Source of the DNA: a virus
Taxonomy: Duplodnaviria; Caudoviricetes
DNA: 24,366 bases
IMG/VR virus record: IMGVR_UViG_3300014208_000125
Coordinates: 1 to 24,366 of that record
Strand: one strand, 5' to 3'
Shown here: piece by piece, positions 7,257 to 15,421 of the stretch
Position numbering within the stretch: the stretch's first letter is position 1
Layout of the letters: every line of letters starts with the position of its first letter
Translations under genes and position numbers: made by a program
Notes under the pieces: generated by a model
What the model was told of the DNA's origin: nothing
Seen by the model: the letters and a program-made list of their open reading frames with translations, nothing else
Databases searched by the model: none

Positions 7257-7320
7257 TACGAAGCCTCGCTAGCTCGTAATATCCACAGGGATAGGGTAAG
7301 TCGCAAGACGCTCGTAGCGT
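7257..7320 (+). ncRNA. candidate small structured RNA
   Basis: Three hairpins including GTC-GCAA-GAC (GNRA loop); repeated GCTCGTA; GC-rich island. Confidence 0.4.
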
Positions 7321-7321
7321 A

Positions 7322-7513
7322 ATGAAACAAAATCAAGAACATAAAATACAATTCGGTGGGTACACAAAACGAAGTTATAAAGAAATTCGTAAAGTTATTC
7401 AGCGAATAGTAAAAAAAGAAATTGAAGAATCAATGGCGGGAGGGGGGTTAAGTAATCCCGATGGTCTCATAAACCGTCTAACCTTGAGCATTACAAGGTC
7501 TCCGCTACAATGA
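7322..7513 (+). CDS. hypothetical protein; 3' half overlaps the tRNA-like element
   Basis: 63-aa ORF with ATGA overlap to the next gene; may be partly spurious. Confidence 0.4.
   Translation: MKQNQEHKIQFGGYTKRSYKEIRKVIQRIVKKEIEESMAGGGLSNPDGLINRLTLSITRSPLQ
7435..7507 (+). tRNA. non-canonical tRNA-like RNA with CAU anticodon (Met/fMet-derived)
   Basis: Four stems at tRNA spacing; anticodon loop CTCATAA; D- and T-loops lack the conserved GG and TTC. Confidence 0.7.
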
Positions 7514-7875
7514 AAATAAAAACAGAGAAAGATTTTATAAAATGGATAAATGATTTAATTATATTATATAAACCTATTTTAGGTTTAGAATTACAAAGAA
7601 TAAAAGTAACCAAAGACAAGGAAACTAAATATCTTTCAATAAAATTCACATATCCTTATTTAGACCCAACAATAAATTTCTCTAACGAAGCATTTGAAGA
7701 CTGGAAAGAAGGTAAATTAGAAGAAGATAGTATACTACACGAATTATGTCACTGTTTAACCGATCCTTTATATTCAAAAGCTTTTGAAAGATTTACTTCT
7801 CATAACGAAATTGAAGATGAAAGAGAAAGACTAACTGACAAAATAGCAGTCATTGTTAGAAATTTATTAAAATGA
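7510..7875 (+). CDS. HExxH zinc metallopeptidase-like protein
   Basis: ILHELCHC motif with downstream Glu residues (EIEDERE). Confidence 0.75.
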   Translation: MKIKTEKDFIKWINDLIILYKPILGLELQRIKVTKDKETKYLSIKFTYPYLDPTINFSNEAFEDWKEGKLEEDSILHELCHCLTDPLYSKAFERFTSHNEIEDERERLTDKIAVIVRNLLK

Positions 7876-8030
7876 CAATAAAACCCATTAAAGCTTGGAC
7901 AATAGTAAACAAGAAAAACCCAAAGTTAGACACTAATTTTATATTTGCCTCAAAGAAAGATATAGAATTAGACGATAATGAAATGTGGGTACAAGTTTTA
8001 ATCTCACCAACTAAATCACCAACTAAATGA
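7872..8030 (+). CDS. hypothetical protein, 52 aa
   Basis: MTIKPIKAWTIVNKKNPK...; ATGA overlaps at both ends; TCACCAACTAAA x2 near the 3' end. Confidence 0.65.
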   Translation: MTIKPIKAWTIVNKKNPKLDTNFIFASKKDIELDDNEMWVQVLISPTKSPTK

Positions 8031-8347
8031 ACTACGAATTAGCAAGAAAATTAAAAGATGCAAAATTTCCACAAAACACAGGAATTGCTATTACTTCTAA
8101 TAATGTTAAATTTAATATAACAAAAACAGATATTTTAACAGATGAAATGTGTTACGAACCTACTCTTTCTGAACTCATAGAAGAGTGCGGAAAAGATATA
8201 GAAGTTTTATGTCAAACATTCCCAGGATGGACAGCATATAGTGACGATCCAGAAAATTCATCAGATTATAAAAGTGGAATAGGAAACACACCAGAAGAGG
8301 CAGTAGCAAATCTTTGGTTAGTATTGGTTAGCATTAAAAAGAAATAA
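8027..8347 (+). CDS. conserved-looking hypothetical phage protein
   Basis: YELARKLKDAKFPQ..PTLSELIEEC..GNTPEEAVANLWL pattern familiar from phage proteins. Confidence 0.75.
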   Translation: MNYELARKLKDAKFPQNTGIAITSNNVKFNITKTDILTDEMCYEPTLSELIEECGKDIEVLCQTFPGWTAYSDDPENSSDYKSGIGNTPEEAVANLWLVLVSIKKK

Positions 8348-8350
8348 AAT

Positions 8351-8386
8351 ATGAAAACTAAAAAGTGCGGAGGTAAAAAGAAATAA
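8351..8386 (+). CDS. 11-aa basic micro-ORF MKTKKCGGKKK
   Basis: Start context identical to the next gene's (19-nt direct repeat). Confidence 0.35.
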   Translation: MKTKKCGGKKK

Positions 8387-8389
8387 AAT

Positions 8390-8626
8390 ATGCGTATACA
8401 CTGGGAATCAAACGGAGATCATAAAGTAAATTTTGAACACTGGACAGAATACTTTGTAATAAAGATACCAGATGGATTATTATATGCAGGACTTTTAATT
8501 GTCCCGAAAGGATACACAAAGATAGTTAGACACAGTGATGATTACGATGTAGGATATTATTACAGAACAACGTTTATTCCGATATTTAAAGTGTTGTTTA
8601 TTATACAGGACTATATAGAAAGATAA
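8390..8626 (+). CDS. hypothetical protein
   Basis: 78-aa ORF with AT-rich start context. Confidence 0.6.
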   Translation: MRIHWESNGDHKVNFEHWTEYFVIKIPDGLLYAGLLIVPKGYTKIVRHSDDYDVGYYYRTTFIPIFKVLFIIQDYIER

Positions 8627-8631
8627 ATAAG

Positions 8632-8640
8632 TGGTATAAT
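8632..8640 (+). promoter_or_regulatory. extended -10 promoter TGGTATAAT
   Basis: Intergenic, upstream of terS; identical 9-mer at three other intergenic sites. Confidence 0.7.
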
Positions 8641-8665
8641 AAGATTTATAATCTTAAATAATCTT

Positions 8666-8917
8666 ATGGCAAAATTTGGAGGTAAACAACCAGGAGCGGG
8701 CAGACCTATCGGTTCAATAAAGAAACCTCGTCTTTCTGATTACCTTTCAGAGGAACAAGTAAAGAAATTAGTAAAAAAAGCATTAGATATGGCAGGAGAA
8801 GGAAACGAAACAATGCTTAAATTCATTTTAGAACAACATTTTGGTAAAGCTATACAACCTATTGGTGGAGAAGACGGAGGTCCAATACAAGTAACCGTTA
8901 TTAAATACGCAAAATAA
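8666..8917 (+). CDS. terS: terminase small subunit (putative)
   Basis: GGKQPGAGRP.GS N-terminus, FGKA.Q.IGGEDGGPIQV C-terminus; directly upstream of terL. Confidence 0.75.
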   Translation: MAKFGGKQPGAGRPIGSIKKPRLSDYLSEEQVKKLVKKALDMAGEGNETMLKFILEQHFGKAIQPIGGEDGGPIQVTVIKYAK

Positions 8918-8918
8918 A

Positions 8919-10247
8919 TTGAGGGAAATAACCTTACCTTACAATTTCGAATTAAGAAAATATCAATTACCTATTTTTGAAGCGTTTGATAAAGGATTCA
9001 AGCGTTTAATTTTAATTCATCACAGAAGAGCTGGTAAAGATAAAGCCTGTTGGAACTTAATGATTAGGGAAGCGTGGCAAACAGTTGGAAACTACTATTA
9101 TTTATTTCCAACATATTCACAAGCTAGAAAAGCATTGTGGGAAGGAAGAGATAAAAGTGGAATGAGGAATATAGACCATATACCTAGAGACTTGATAGAA
9201 GGAAAGCCGAATGAAACAGAAATGAAGATAAAATTAAAGAATGGTTCTTTAATTCAATTAATAGGTGTTGAAGATGCTGATAAAATAGTAGGAACTAATC
9301 CGAAAGGAATGGTATTTAGCGAGTACAGTCTTCAAAATCCAAAGGCGTGGGAACTTATGAGACCAATTCTTTTAGAAAACGGAGGGTGGGCTATATTTAA
9401 TTTCACTCCAAGAGGAAAGAATCACGGATTTAAGTTGTACAATATGGCTTTACAAAATTCTAATTGGTTTGTTTCTAAACTTACCATTGAAGATACTAAT
9501 GTTTTGACAGTTGCAGATATGGAAGAGGAAAGAAAGTCCGGGTATTCAGAGGATATGATACAGCAAGAATATTATTGTTCCTTTATTTCTGCTATTCAAG
9601 GTTCTATTTATTGGGAACAGGTTAATTTAGCCGAAAAGAATGGACATTTTACTGATGTTCCATATGATCCAAGACTTTTAGTGCATACTGTATGGGATTT
9701 GGGAAAAGATGATACTAACTGTATCGGATTTTATCAAAGTAATGGATTAAGTATTAGAAAGATTGATTATTTGCAAGGAAACAAAAAGGGATTACCAGAT
9801 TGGATTAAGATTGTAAAAGAAAAACCATATAATTACGGTAAACATTTTGCTCCTCACGACATAGAAGTTTCTGATTACTCAACAGCAGGGAATCAATCAA
9901 GAAAACAAATAGCAGAAGATTTAGGAATAAAGTTTGAAGTTGTGCCTAATCTTTCTATACGAGACGGAATTGACGCTGGAAGACGGTTTTTTAGTAAATT
10001 ATACGTAGATAAGGTCAAGTGTGCTGATTTCATCGACGCTATACCTCAATATACGCGCGAGTATGATGAAGAAAACAAGATTTTTAAGGATACACCACTT
10101 CACGATTGGACATCTCATTACGCCGACGAGCATAGATATAGTGCTTTAGTTCAAGATTTATTTGATAACGAAACATTCGGAGAAGCGCATTTACAAGTTG
10201 CAGAAAACCGCAGAGAAAGAAATATACCATCAGATTTTGGCATTTAA
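8919..10247 (+). CDS. terL: terminase large subunit (TTG start)
   Basis: YQ motif, HRRAGKD Walker A, VFSE Walker B, FTPRG, WDLG..D and HDWTSHYAD nuclease motifs. Confidence 0.95.
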   Translation: MREITLPYNFELRKYQLPIFEAFDKGFKRLILIHHRRAGKDKACWNLMIREAWQTVGNYYYLFPTYSQARKALWEGRDKSGMRNIDHIPRDLIEGKPNETEMKIKLKNGSLIQLIGVEDADKIVGTNPKGMVFSEYSLQNPKAWELMRPILLENGGWAIFNFTPRGKNHGFKLYNMALQNSNWFVSKLTIEDTNVLTVADMEEERKSGYSEDMIQQEYYCSFISAIQGSIYWEQVNLAEKNGHFTDVPYDPRLLVHTVWDLGKDDTNCIGFYQSNGLSIRKIDYLQGNKKGLPDWIKIVKEKPYNYGKHFAPHDIEVSDYSTAGNQSRKQIAEDLGIKFEVVPNLSIRDGIDAGRRFFSKLYVDKVKCADFIDAIPQYTREYDEENKIFKDTPLHDWTSHYADEHRYSALVQDLFDNETFGEAHLQVAENRRERNIPSDFGI

Positions 10248-10262
10248 TTTATTTTTATAATA

Positions 10263-10271
10263 TGGTATAAT
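10263..10271 (+). promoter_or_regulatory. extended -10 promoter TGGTATAAT
   Basis: Intergenic, 11 nt before the ATG at 10283. Confidence 0.7.
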
Positions 10272-10282
10272 ATTGGTAATAT

Positions 10283-10420
10283 ATGAATAAAAAAATAGTA
10301 AAAATAGCTTTTGACAAGATTGTGGTTGGAGATACATTTACATTTACATTTCCTGTCATTCTAAAAGTATATAAAAAAACAAAGAAATATATTGTATTTG
10401 AAGTAAATAAACTTAAATAA
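10283..10420 (+). CDS. small basic protein, 45 aa
   Basis: MNKKIVKIAFDKIVVGDTFTFTFPVILKVYKKTKKYIVFEVNKLK; TAATG overlap with the portal start. Confidence 0.55.
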   Translation: MNKKIVKIAFDKIVVGDTFTFTFPVILKVYKKTKKYIVFEVNKLK

Positions 10421-12186
10421 TGGAATATCAAAACACAGGTCTAAAATCGCAGATGCAACAGGAAATCCAAAACTATCTCTCAAGGACAGTTGCTATCTCC
10501 GATAATTACGACTTTTCTCAATACAAACTTATTAAGAGAATCAGTCAGTTTGAATCACGAACGTTTCCGACCGGTAAAATAGACTCACAAGGTAATTATA
10601 AATTCTTTTACGATATTATCGGTCCAAGAATTGATAACGAAGTAAAGAATATTGACTTTGATTCCAAAGATATACAGATTTATTCTCCAAGAAAGAACGA
10701 CACACTCGCTTCTATTATCGCAAATCTCAAGCTAGACGAGTATTTGAAGGTGACAGGACAGGCAGAAGAGCTTAATTCTGCCATTGAAGAAGGTTCAGGC
10801 TGGGGTAATGTGGTATGGAAGAAGGTAAAAGGTGGATTTGAACGATGTGATATGCGTAATTTTTACGTTATTAACCAAACCGCAAAAAGTTTAGACGAAT
10901 CTCCAGTAATTGAAAGACATCAATTTACTCAGACAGAACTAAGGTCAAAGAAAGATATTTGGAAGAACGTAGAAGAGACCATAACAGGTTGTAAGTCAGA
11001 TACGTATCAATCTACCGTTGAAGTCACTTCAAATGACACTACGGTGCCATATTACGCGATATACGAGAGAAATGGAGAAGTATGTGTTAAGGATTTAAAT
11101 GATTATAACAACAAAGAATCCAAGGAAACAGATAAGGATAAATACACATGGGCTAAAGTTATCGGAGTAGGCTCAAAAGGTTCCGCCGGAGGAGTTGAAA
11201 TAAAACACATCTTATTTGCCGAAGAGTTACCAAACGTTACTAATTCCGACATTTACAAAGAGTTTCATAGGGGAGCATATAAGGGCAGGTGGTGGAGAGA
11301 AGGTCTCTATGAGCTTCTATTTGACGTTCAGGTGCGTGCAAACCAAATAGGTAATCAGATAGCTCAAGGTCTTGAATTTGCCTCAAAGATTATCTTTGTA
11401 ACCGAGGATAAACTTATAATTCAGAACATTCTTACCGATTTAAAGAACGGAGATATTATCAAAGCAAGGAATCTATCTCACGTTTCCGTAAGAATGGATG
11501 GATTCGACCAGTTAGCAAACGATTGGAACAGAATAATCTCACTTGCAAACAGTATTGCAAATTCTCAAGAGGTTACGACAGGTGAATCAATGCCTTCAGG
11601 AACACCATTCCGACTTGGTTCAATGTTGAATCAGAACGCAAACAAACTTTATAACTTCATCCGAGAGAAACTTGCTATACCATTGTCACAGATATTTGAA
11701 TTGTGGATAGTACCAGAGCTTATAAAAGATTTAAAGACTCAAGAGATATTAAGATTGACAGGTGACAGTGATTTACTTGATAGACTTTATGAAGTAGTAG
11801 CAAAAGATTGGTATCTAAATAATCTAATCGCTATCGGTCCACACGATAAAGCAATGGCGGAGCAGTTAATTGCAGACCAGATAACAGAGTTAAAATCAAG
11901 ACCAGAGTTTCTTATGGAAGGTACTAAGAAATTATTTGACGGATATAAAGCAAATGTGTTTGTCGATATTACGGGTGAGTCGTTGTCGCTTGATGTTGAT
12001 TTACAAACACTATCTACATTCGTTGCTTTAGAGATGGACCCAGTTAGAAGAACTGCAATAATAGAGCAAATGATGAAAATGAAGGGAATCGATGTCGGAA
12101 GTATGCCTAAGACACAACCACAACCAATTAAACCTGCACAACCAATGGTCGGTCAGGTTAAACAACCATTACAAGTAACACAATAA
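10420..12186 (+). CDS. portal protein (P22/podovirus-like)
   Basis: 588 aa after terL; helical; GWGNVVWK, GLYELLFDVQ..N and TGE..PSGTP segments; Q/P-rich tail. Confidence 0.85.
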   Translation: MEYQNTGLKSQMQQEIQNYLSRTVAISDNYDFSQYKLIKRISQFESRTFPTGKIDSQGNYKFFYDIIGPRIDNEVKNIDFDSKDIQIYSPRKNDTLASIIANLKLDEYLKVTGQAEELNSAIEEGSGWGNVVWKKVKGGFERCDMRNFYVINQTAKSLDESPVIERHQFTQTELRSKKDIWKNVEETITGCKSDTYQSTVEVTSNDTTVPYYAIYERNGEVCVKDLNDYNNKESKETDKDKYTWAKVIGVGSKGSAGGVEIKHILFAEELPNVTNSDIYKEFHRGAYKGRWWREGLYELLFDVQVRANQIGNQIAQGLEFASKIIFVTEDKLIIQNILTDLKNGDIIKARNLSHVSVRMDGFDQLANDWNRIISLANSIANSQEVTTGESMPSGTPFRLGSMLNQNANKLYNFIREKLAIPLSQIFELWIVPELIKDLKTQEILRLTGDSDLLDRLYEVVAKDWYLNNLIAIGPHDKAMAEQLIADQITELKSRPEFLMEGTKKLFDGYKANVFVDITGESLSLDVDLQTLSTFVALEMDPVRRTAIIEQMMKMKGIDVGSMPKTQPQPIKPAQPMVGQVKQPLQVTQ

Positions 12187-12190
12187 TAAA

Positions 12191-12412
12191 ATGAGCCCAT
12201 GAGGTAAATCAGTTTCTAAAAACATCAAGGAATTATATCAAGATAATTTAAACACTGGAGTTGCAAGGGGAGCAGGAGGTAAACCAAGAAGTAGAGATCA
12301 GATTGTAGCAATCGCTTTGAGTTCGGCAGGAAAGAAAAAAACTGTTCCATTCAAAGGTAATTCAAAAGAAGGTAAAAAATATCGTTCACCAATACATACG
12401 TTTTATGCTTAA
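12191..12412 (+). pseudogene. small basic phage protein with in-frame TGA at codon 4 (readthrough or nonsense allele)
   Basis: MSP*GKSVSKNIKELYQDN...GKPRSRDQIVAIALSSAGKKK...; no later in-frame ATG. Confidence 0.7.
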
Positions 12413-12417
12413 ATAAA

Positions 12418-12555
12418 ATGAATAAGGAAAATCGTATAAAGGAATTTAAAGATATGTATAATAAATTGAATGATCCTGTAGAGATTCAACGAAATATACA
12501 TAGAGAGAAGATTAATAAAATGAGAGAAGAGAAGAGAAGCGATGCGGGTTTATAA
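12418..12555 (+). CDS. hypothetical protein, 45 aa
   Basis: MNKENRIKEFKDMYNKLNDPVEIQRNIHREK...; AT-rich start context. Confidence 0.5.
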   Translation: MNKENRIKEFKDMYNKLNDPVEIQRNIHREKINKMREEKRSDAGL

Positions 12556-12566
12556 TTAAATAATAT

Positions 12567-12863
12567 ATGGAAGAAACTACACAAAAAAAAGAACCTAGAC
12601 CATTCGACAGGTCAGAATTTTATGAATTACAAGAACTTCACAGAATTGTTATTATCGAAAAATTCAAGAAGGAACAAGTAAAAAATAATACAGCAATCAT
12701 TCCAGATGGAAAGAAGTTAGTTAAACAATTAGAAGCATTATGTAATCTATACGAAGGAATAAAACAGAGATGGATTGCCGATAAACTGATTCAAATGGGT
12801 TATGATAAAGATGAGAAAGTTAAAATAGATATGGAGACAGGCGTGGTAACTAGAGATAAATAA
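12567..12863 (+). CDS. hypothetical protein
   Basis: 98-aa ORF in the head operon. Confidence 0.75.
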   Translation: MEETTQKKEPRPFDRSEFYELQELHRIVIIEKFKKEQVKNNTAIIPDGKKLVKQLEALCNLYEGIKQRWIADKLIQMGYDKDEKVKIDMETGVVTRDK

Positions 12864-13118
12864 ATGAATCCAGAGACAGCTAAAAAATTAATGACGGATA
12901 TTCAAGAATTTAGAGATTTTATCTCATTCCTTTCCAGTAAAGCTTTAGAATTAAATAATCTTTCAGATATTACATTAACAGATCCAGTTGCATTATCGGT
13001 CGAGGTCAAGGCGCGCCAAAAAGCGTATGATAAAATCATTGAAATATTACATCCTCTTATAAATTCAGATACTCATGATAAAGGTGGAAGTATAAAAAAC
13101 AGTGATTTTATTATTTAG
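12864..13118 (+). CDS. hypothetical head-module protein
   Basis: 84-aa helical ORF between portal and scaffold. Confidence 0.75.
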   Translation: MNPETAKKLMTDIQEFRDFISFLSSKALELNNLSDITLTDPVALSVEVKARQKAYDKIIEILHPLINSDTHDKGGSIKNSDFII

Positions 13119-13126
13119 TAGAAAAA

Positions 13127-13135
13127 TGGTATAAT
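13127..13135 (+). promoter_or_regulatory. extended -10 promoter TGGTATAAT
   Basis: Intergenic, upstream of ORF 13158 and the scaffold/capsid genes. Confidence 0.7.
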
Positions 13136-13157
13136 ATAAATATATAATATAAATATT

Positions 13158-13379
13158 ATGGCAAGAAATAAAAAAACAGAGGAAGAAGTTGTAGTCTCTA
13201 AAAAAGTTGTTGATGATTTTATGGATTTACCTACAGTTCCTAACTATAAGTCCGCTTCTGTATTTAGCGATAACGGAACATTCATAAGAACATACACAAA
13301 AGAAGTACACGGAGAGAATTTTGTTGAATTAGCAAATGGTTATGCAAACAAAATCAAAGGAAGTATGAAAGTACTTTAA
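13158..13379 (+). CDS. hypothetical protein
   Basis: 73-aa ORF between the promoter and the structured leader. Confidence 0.75.
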   Translation: MARNKKTEEEVVVSKKVVDDFMDLPTVPNYKSASVFSDNGTFIRTYTKEVHGENFVELANGYANKIKGSMKVL

Positions 13380-13393
13380 AAATTAACTAATAA

Positions 13394-13520
13394 ACTACTA
13401 CAAACTTGGGAGTACCAGCTGGTCTCCGAAGCCATTTATGTAGTAGTCTATGGTTTCGTAGACTAACCGGTACTCTCAAAGTATCGGTTTTTGCGTATTA
13501 TAAATGAGTCAATGACTCGT
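13394..13520 (+). promoter_or_regulatory. structured leader / candidate attenuator before scaffold and capsid
   Basis: 30-position imperfect stem, 9-bp loop pseudoknot, mutually exclusive terminator hairpin, then hairpin ATGAGTC-AAT-GACTCGT. Confidence 0.7.
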
Positions 13521-13542
13521 TAAACAAAAAAAATAATTCCAA

Positions 13543-14145
13543 ATGGAAAACGAAATTAAAGAGTTAGTTGCCGAACAGACAACACTCAATGAAGTAAATG
13601 AGGAAGAAGTCCGAGCTAAAGTTATCAGTGAGTTTGGTTTTGACGAAGTAGATGACATCGAACGAATTGATAAATTAGTAGCCAAAGAGGTAGAGCAGAA
13701 CAAGAGATTATCTTCGGCTATTGGACAGAAAATCAAGTACCGCAAGGAAGTAGAAGAGCTAAAGGGCAAAACTACACCTGCGATTCCTCCAGTCCCTGTA
13801 AAGTTTGATACAGGAGACCTTGATAAGAGAGTAGATGAGAAGTTAGAGAAGAGAGACCTTGATTCACTAGAATATCCAGAGGAAATCAAAACTGAAATCC
13901 AAAGATTAGCTAAAATGCAAGGTATTTCAGTAAAGCAAGCCTCACGTGATCCTTATATTGTTTATAAAATAACGGAACACGAGAAAACGAAAAAAGTTGA
14001 AGACGCAAGTATCTCCCGAAATCATAAGTCAATTTCCAAAAAAGATTTTAACTTTGATTCTCCTCCAGATGTGGACATAACCACAAAAGAAGGACAAGAC
14101 ACTTGGGACGCTTACAAAAAAGAAATGGTAAAACAAGGATACTAA
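13543..14145 (+). CDS. capsid scaffolding protein (putative)
   Basis: Acidic coiled-coil 200-aa protein immediately upstream of the capsid gene. Confidence 0.75.
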   Translation: MENEIKELVAEQTTLNEVNEEEVRAKVISEFGFDEVDDIERIDKLVAKEVEQNKRLSSAIGQKIKYRKEVEELKGKTTPAIPPVPVKFDTGDLDKRVDEKLEKRDLDSLEYPEEIKTEIQRLAKMQGISVKQASRDPYIVYKITEHEKTKKVEDASISRNHKSISKKDFNFDSPPDVDITTKEGQDTWDAYKKEMVKQGY

Positions 14146-14165
14146 TTATTAATTAAATTATAAAT

Positions 14166-15395
14166 ATGAGTTATACAGCTAACAGTTTGTCATACTTAAA
14201 CCCATCATTTTGGGCTAAGGAGGCACAGCGTTCTTTGTTCGTAGATAACAAAGCTATGGCTATTGCTAATACGACATTGAGAAATTTAGTCGCAGGTGAA
14301 GGCGCTACTGTCTACAGGACAATAGTTTCTTACCCAGCTTCTGCTACCTATGTCCCTGGTACAGACATTACAAATACTTCCGTTACAAGCTCAAGTGAGA
14401 CATTAACAATCTCAACTTGGATTGCTTCGATGGTACATGTTGATGACACAGAACAGAGACAGTCTATTATTAAATTGGGAACAAACATCTCTAATAAGAT
14501 GATGAGAGACCACAATAACAGAATTGAGCAAGCTATTTTGGCAGAAGTAAGTAATGCAGGACACAGTATTGATGACGGAAATGTAGGTGGTACAGCTGGT
14601 AATAATGCCGTTGTAAACACAAACACAGTTCCTATGTTCTTTATTGCAGCCGACACAAAGTTGGATGCTGCAGATGCTCCAAAGGCAGGAAGAACAGCTG
14701 TAGTAGGTGGACACTTCTTAGGTCAATTGAAACTCCAGCAAGCCGCTAGAGCCACAACTTTCGGAGATGGTGTTAATACAAGAGGAGTTGTTGCTAATAT
14801 GTTCGGTTGGGACATTCTTTACTCAAATAACCTTCCATATTCCGCAGTATTAACTATTGCAACAAACCCAACAGCCGCTGATACAGTTACAATCGCAGGT
14901 GTAAAATTTACCTTTAAGGCTGCTCTTGCTGCCGCTGGTGATTTGCATATTTGCGATTCCGCAGCAGAAACAGTAGCAAATATGGTTGTTGCATTAAATG
15001 CTCCAGCCACATCCATCACTGAAGCTGGTTCGGGTGGATACACAGCTCTTTCTTCAGATAATGTATTTATCTTGAGAGATAAGAGGAGAATTTCAGCTGT
15101 TGCTACAAGTGCAACTGTAACAACTATTTCCGGTTATGGAGATATCGTAGTTTCAGAAACTCTTTCAGCCGTTGCTGATGTATGGTCTGCACAAAAACAA
15201 ACATCTTTGTTCTGCGTAAAAGGATGTATTGATATGATTGTTCAGATTCCTCCAAAGATTGAAGTTACAAGAGACCAGAATCAATTTGCTGATATTGTAA
15301 AGTCATTACTTGGTTATGGAAAGAAAACATACGCCGATGGTGCAAGGGAGATGGTGTCCGTCGCCATTGATGCTTCTACAAGTGATTGGAAATAG
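14166..15395 (+). CDS. major capsid protein (HK97 fold, P22 coat-like) with an insertion domain
   Basis: P.FWA N-terminus, GVVANMFGWDILYSNNLP, ADIVKSLLGYGKK; follows the scaffold. Confidence 0.88.
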   Translation: MSYTANSLSYLNPSFWAKEAQRSLFVDNKAMAIANTTLRNLVAGEGATVYRTIVSYPASATYVPGTDITNTSVTSSSETLTISTWIASMVHVDDTEQRQSIIKLGTNISNKMMRDHNNRIEQAILAEVSNAGHSIDDGNVGGTAGNNAVVNTNTVPMFFIAADTKLDAADAPKAGRTAVVGGHFLGQLKLQQAARATTFGDGVNTRGVVANMFGWDILYSNNLPYSAVLTIATNPTAADTVTIAGVKFTFKAALAAAGDLHICDSAAETVANMVVALNAPATSITEAGSGGYTALSSDNVFILRDKRRISAVATSATVTTISGYGDIVVSETLSAVADVWSAQKQTSLFCVKGCIDMIVQIPPKIEVTRDQNQFADIVKSLLGYGKKTYADGAREMVSVAIDASTSDWK

Positions 15396-15421
15396 TTATT
15401 ATTAGCTAATTTACCAATCAA

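Noticed and set aside
7254-7320. Theta (HDV-like) ribozyme after the tRNA, suggested by CCTCGCT
   Set aside because: I could not build the nested P1/P2/P3/P1.1 double pseudoknot; kept only as an unassigned structured RNA.
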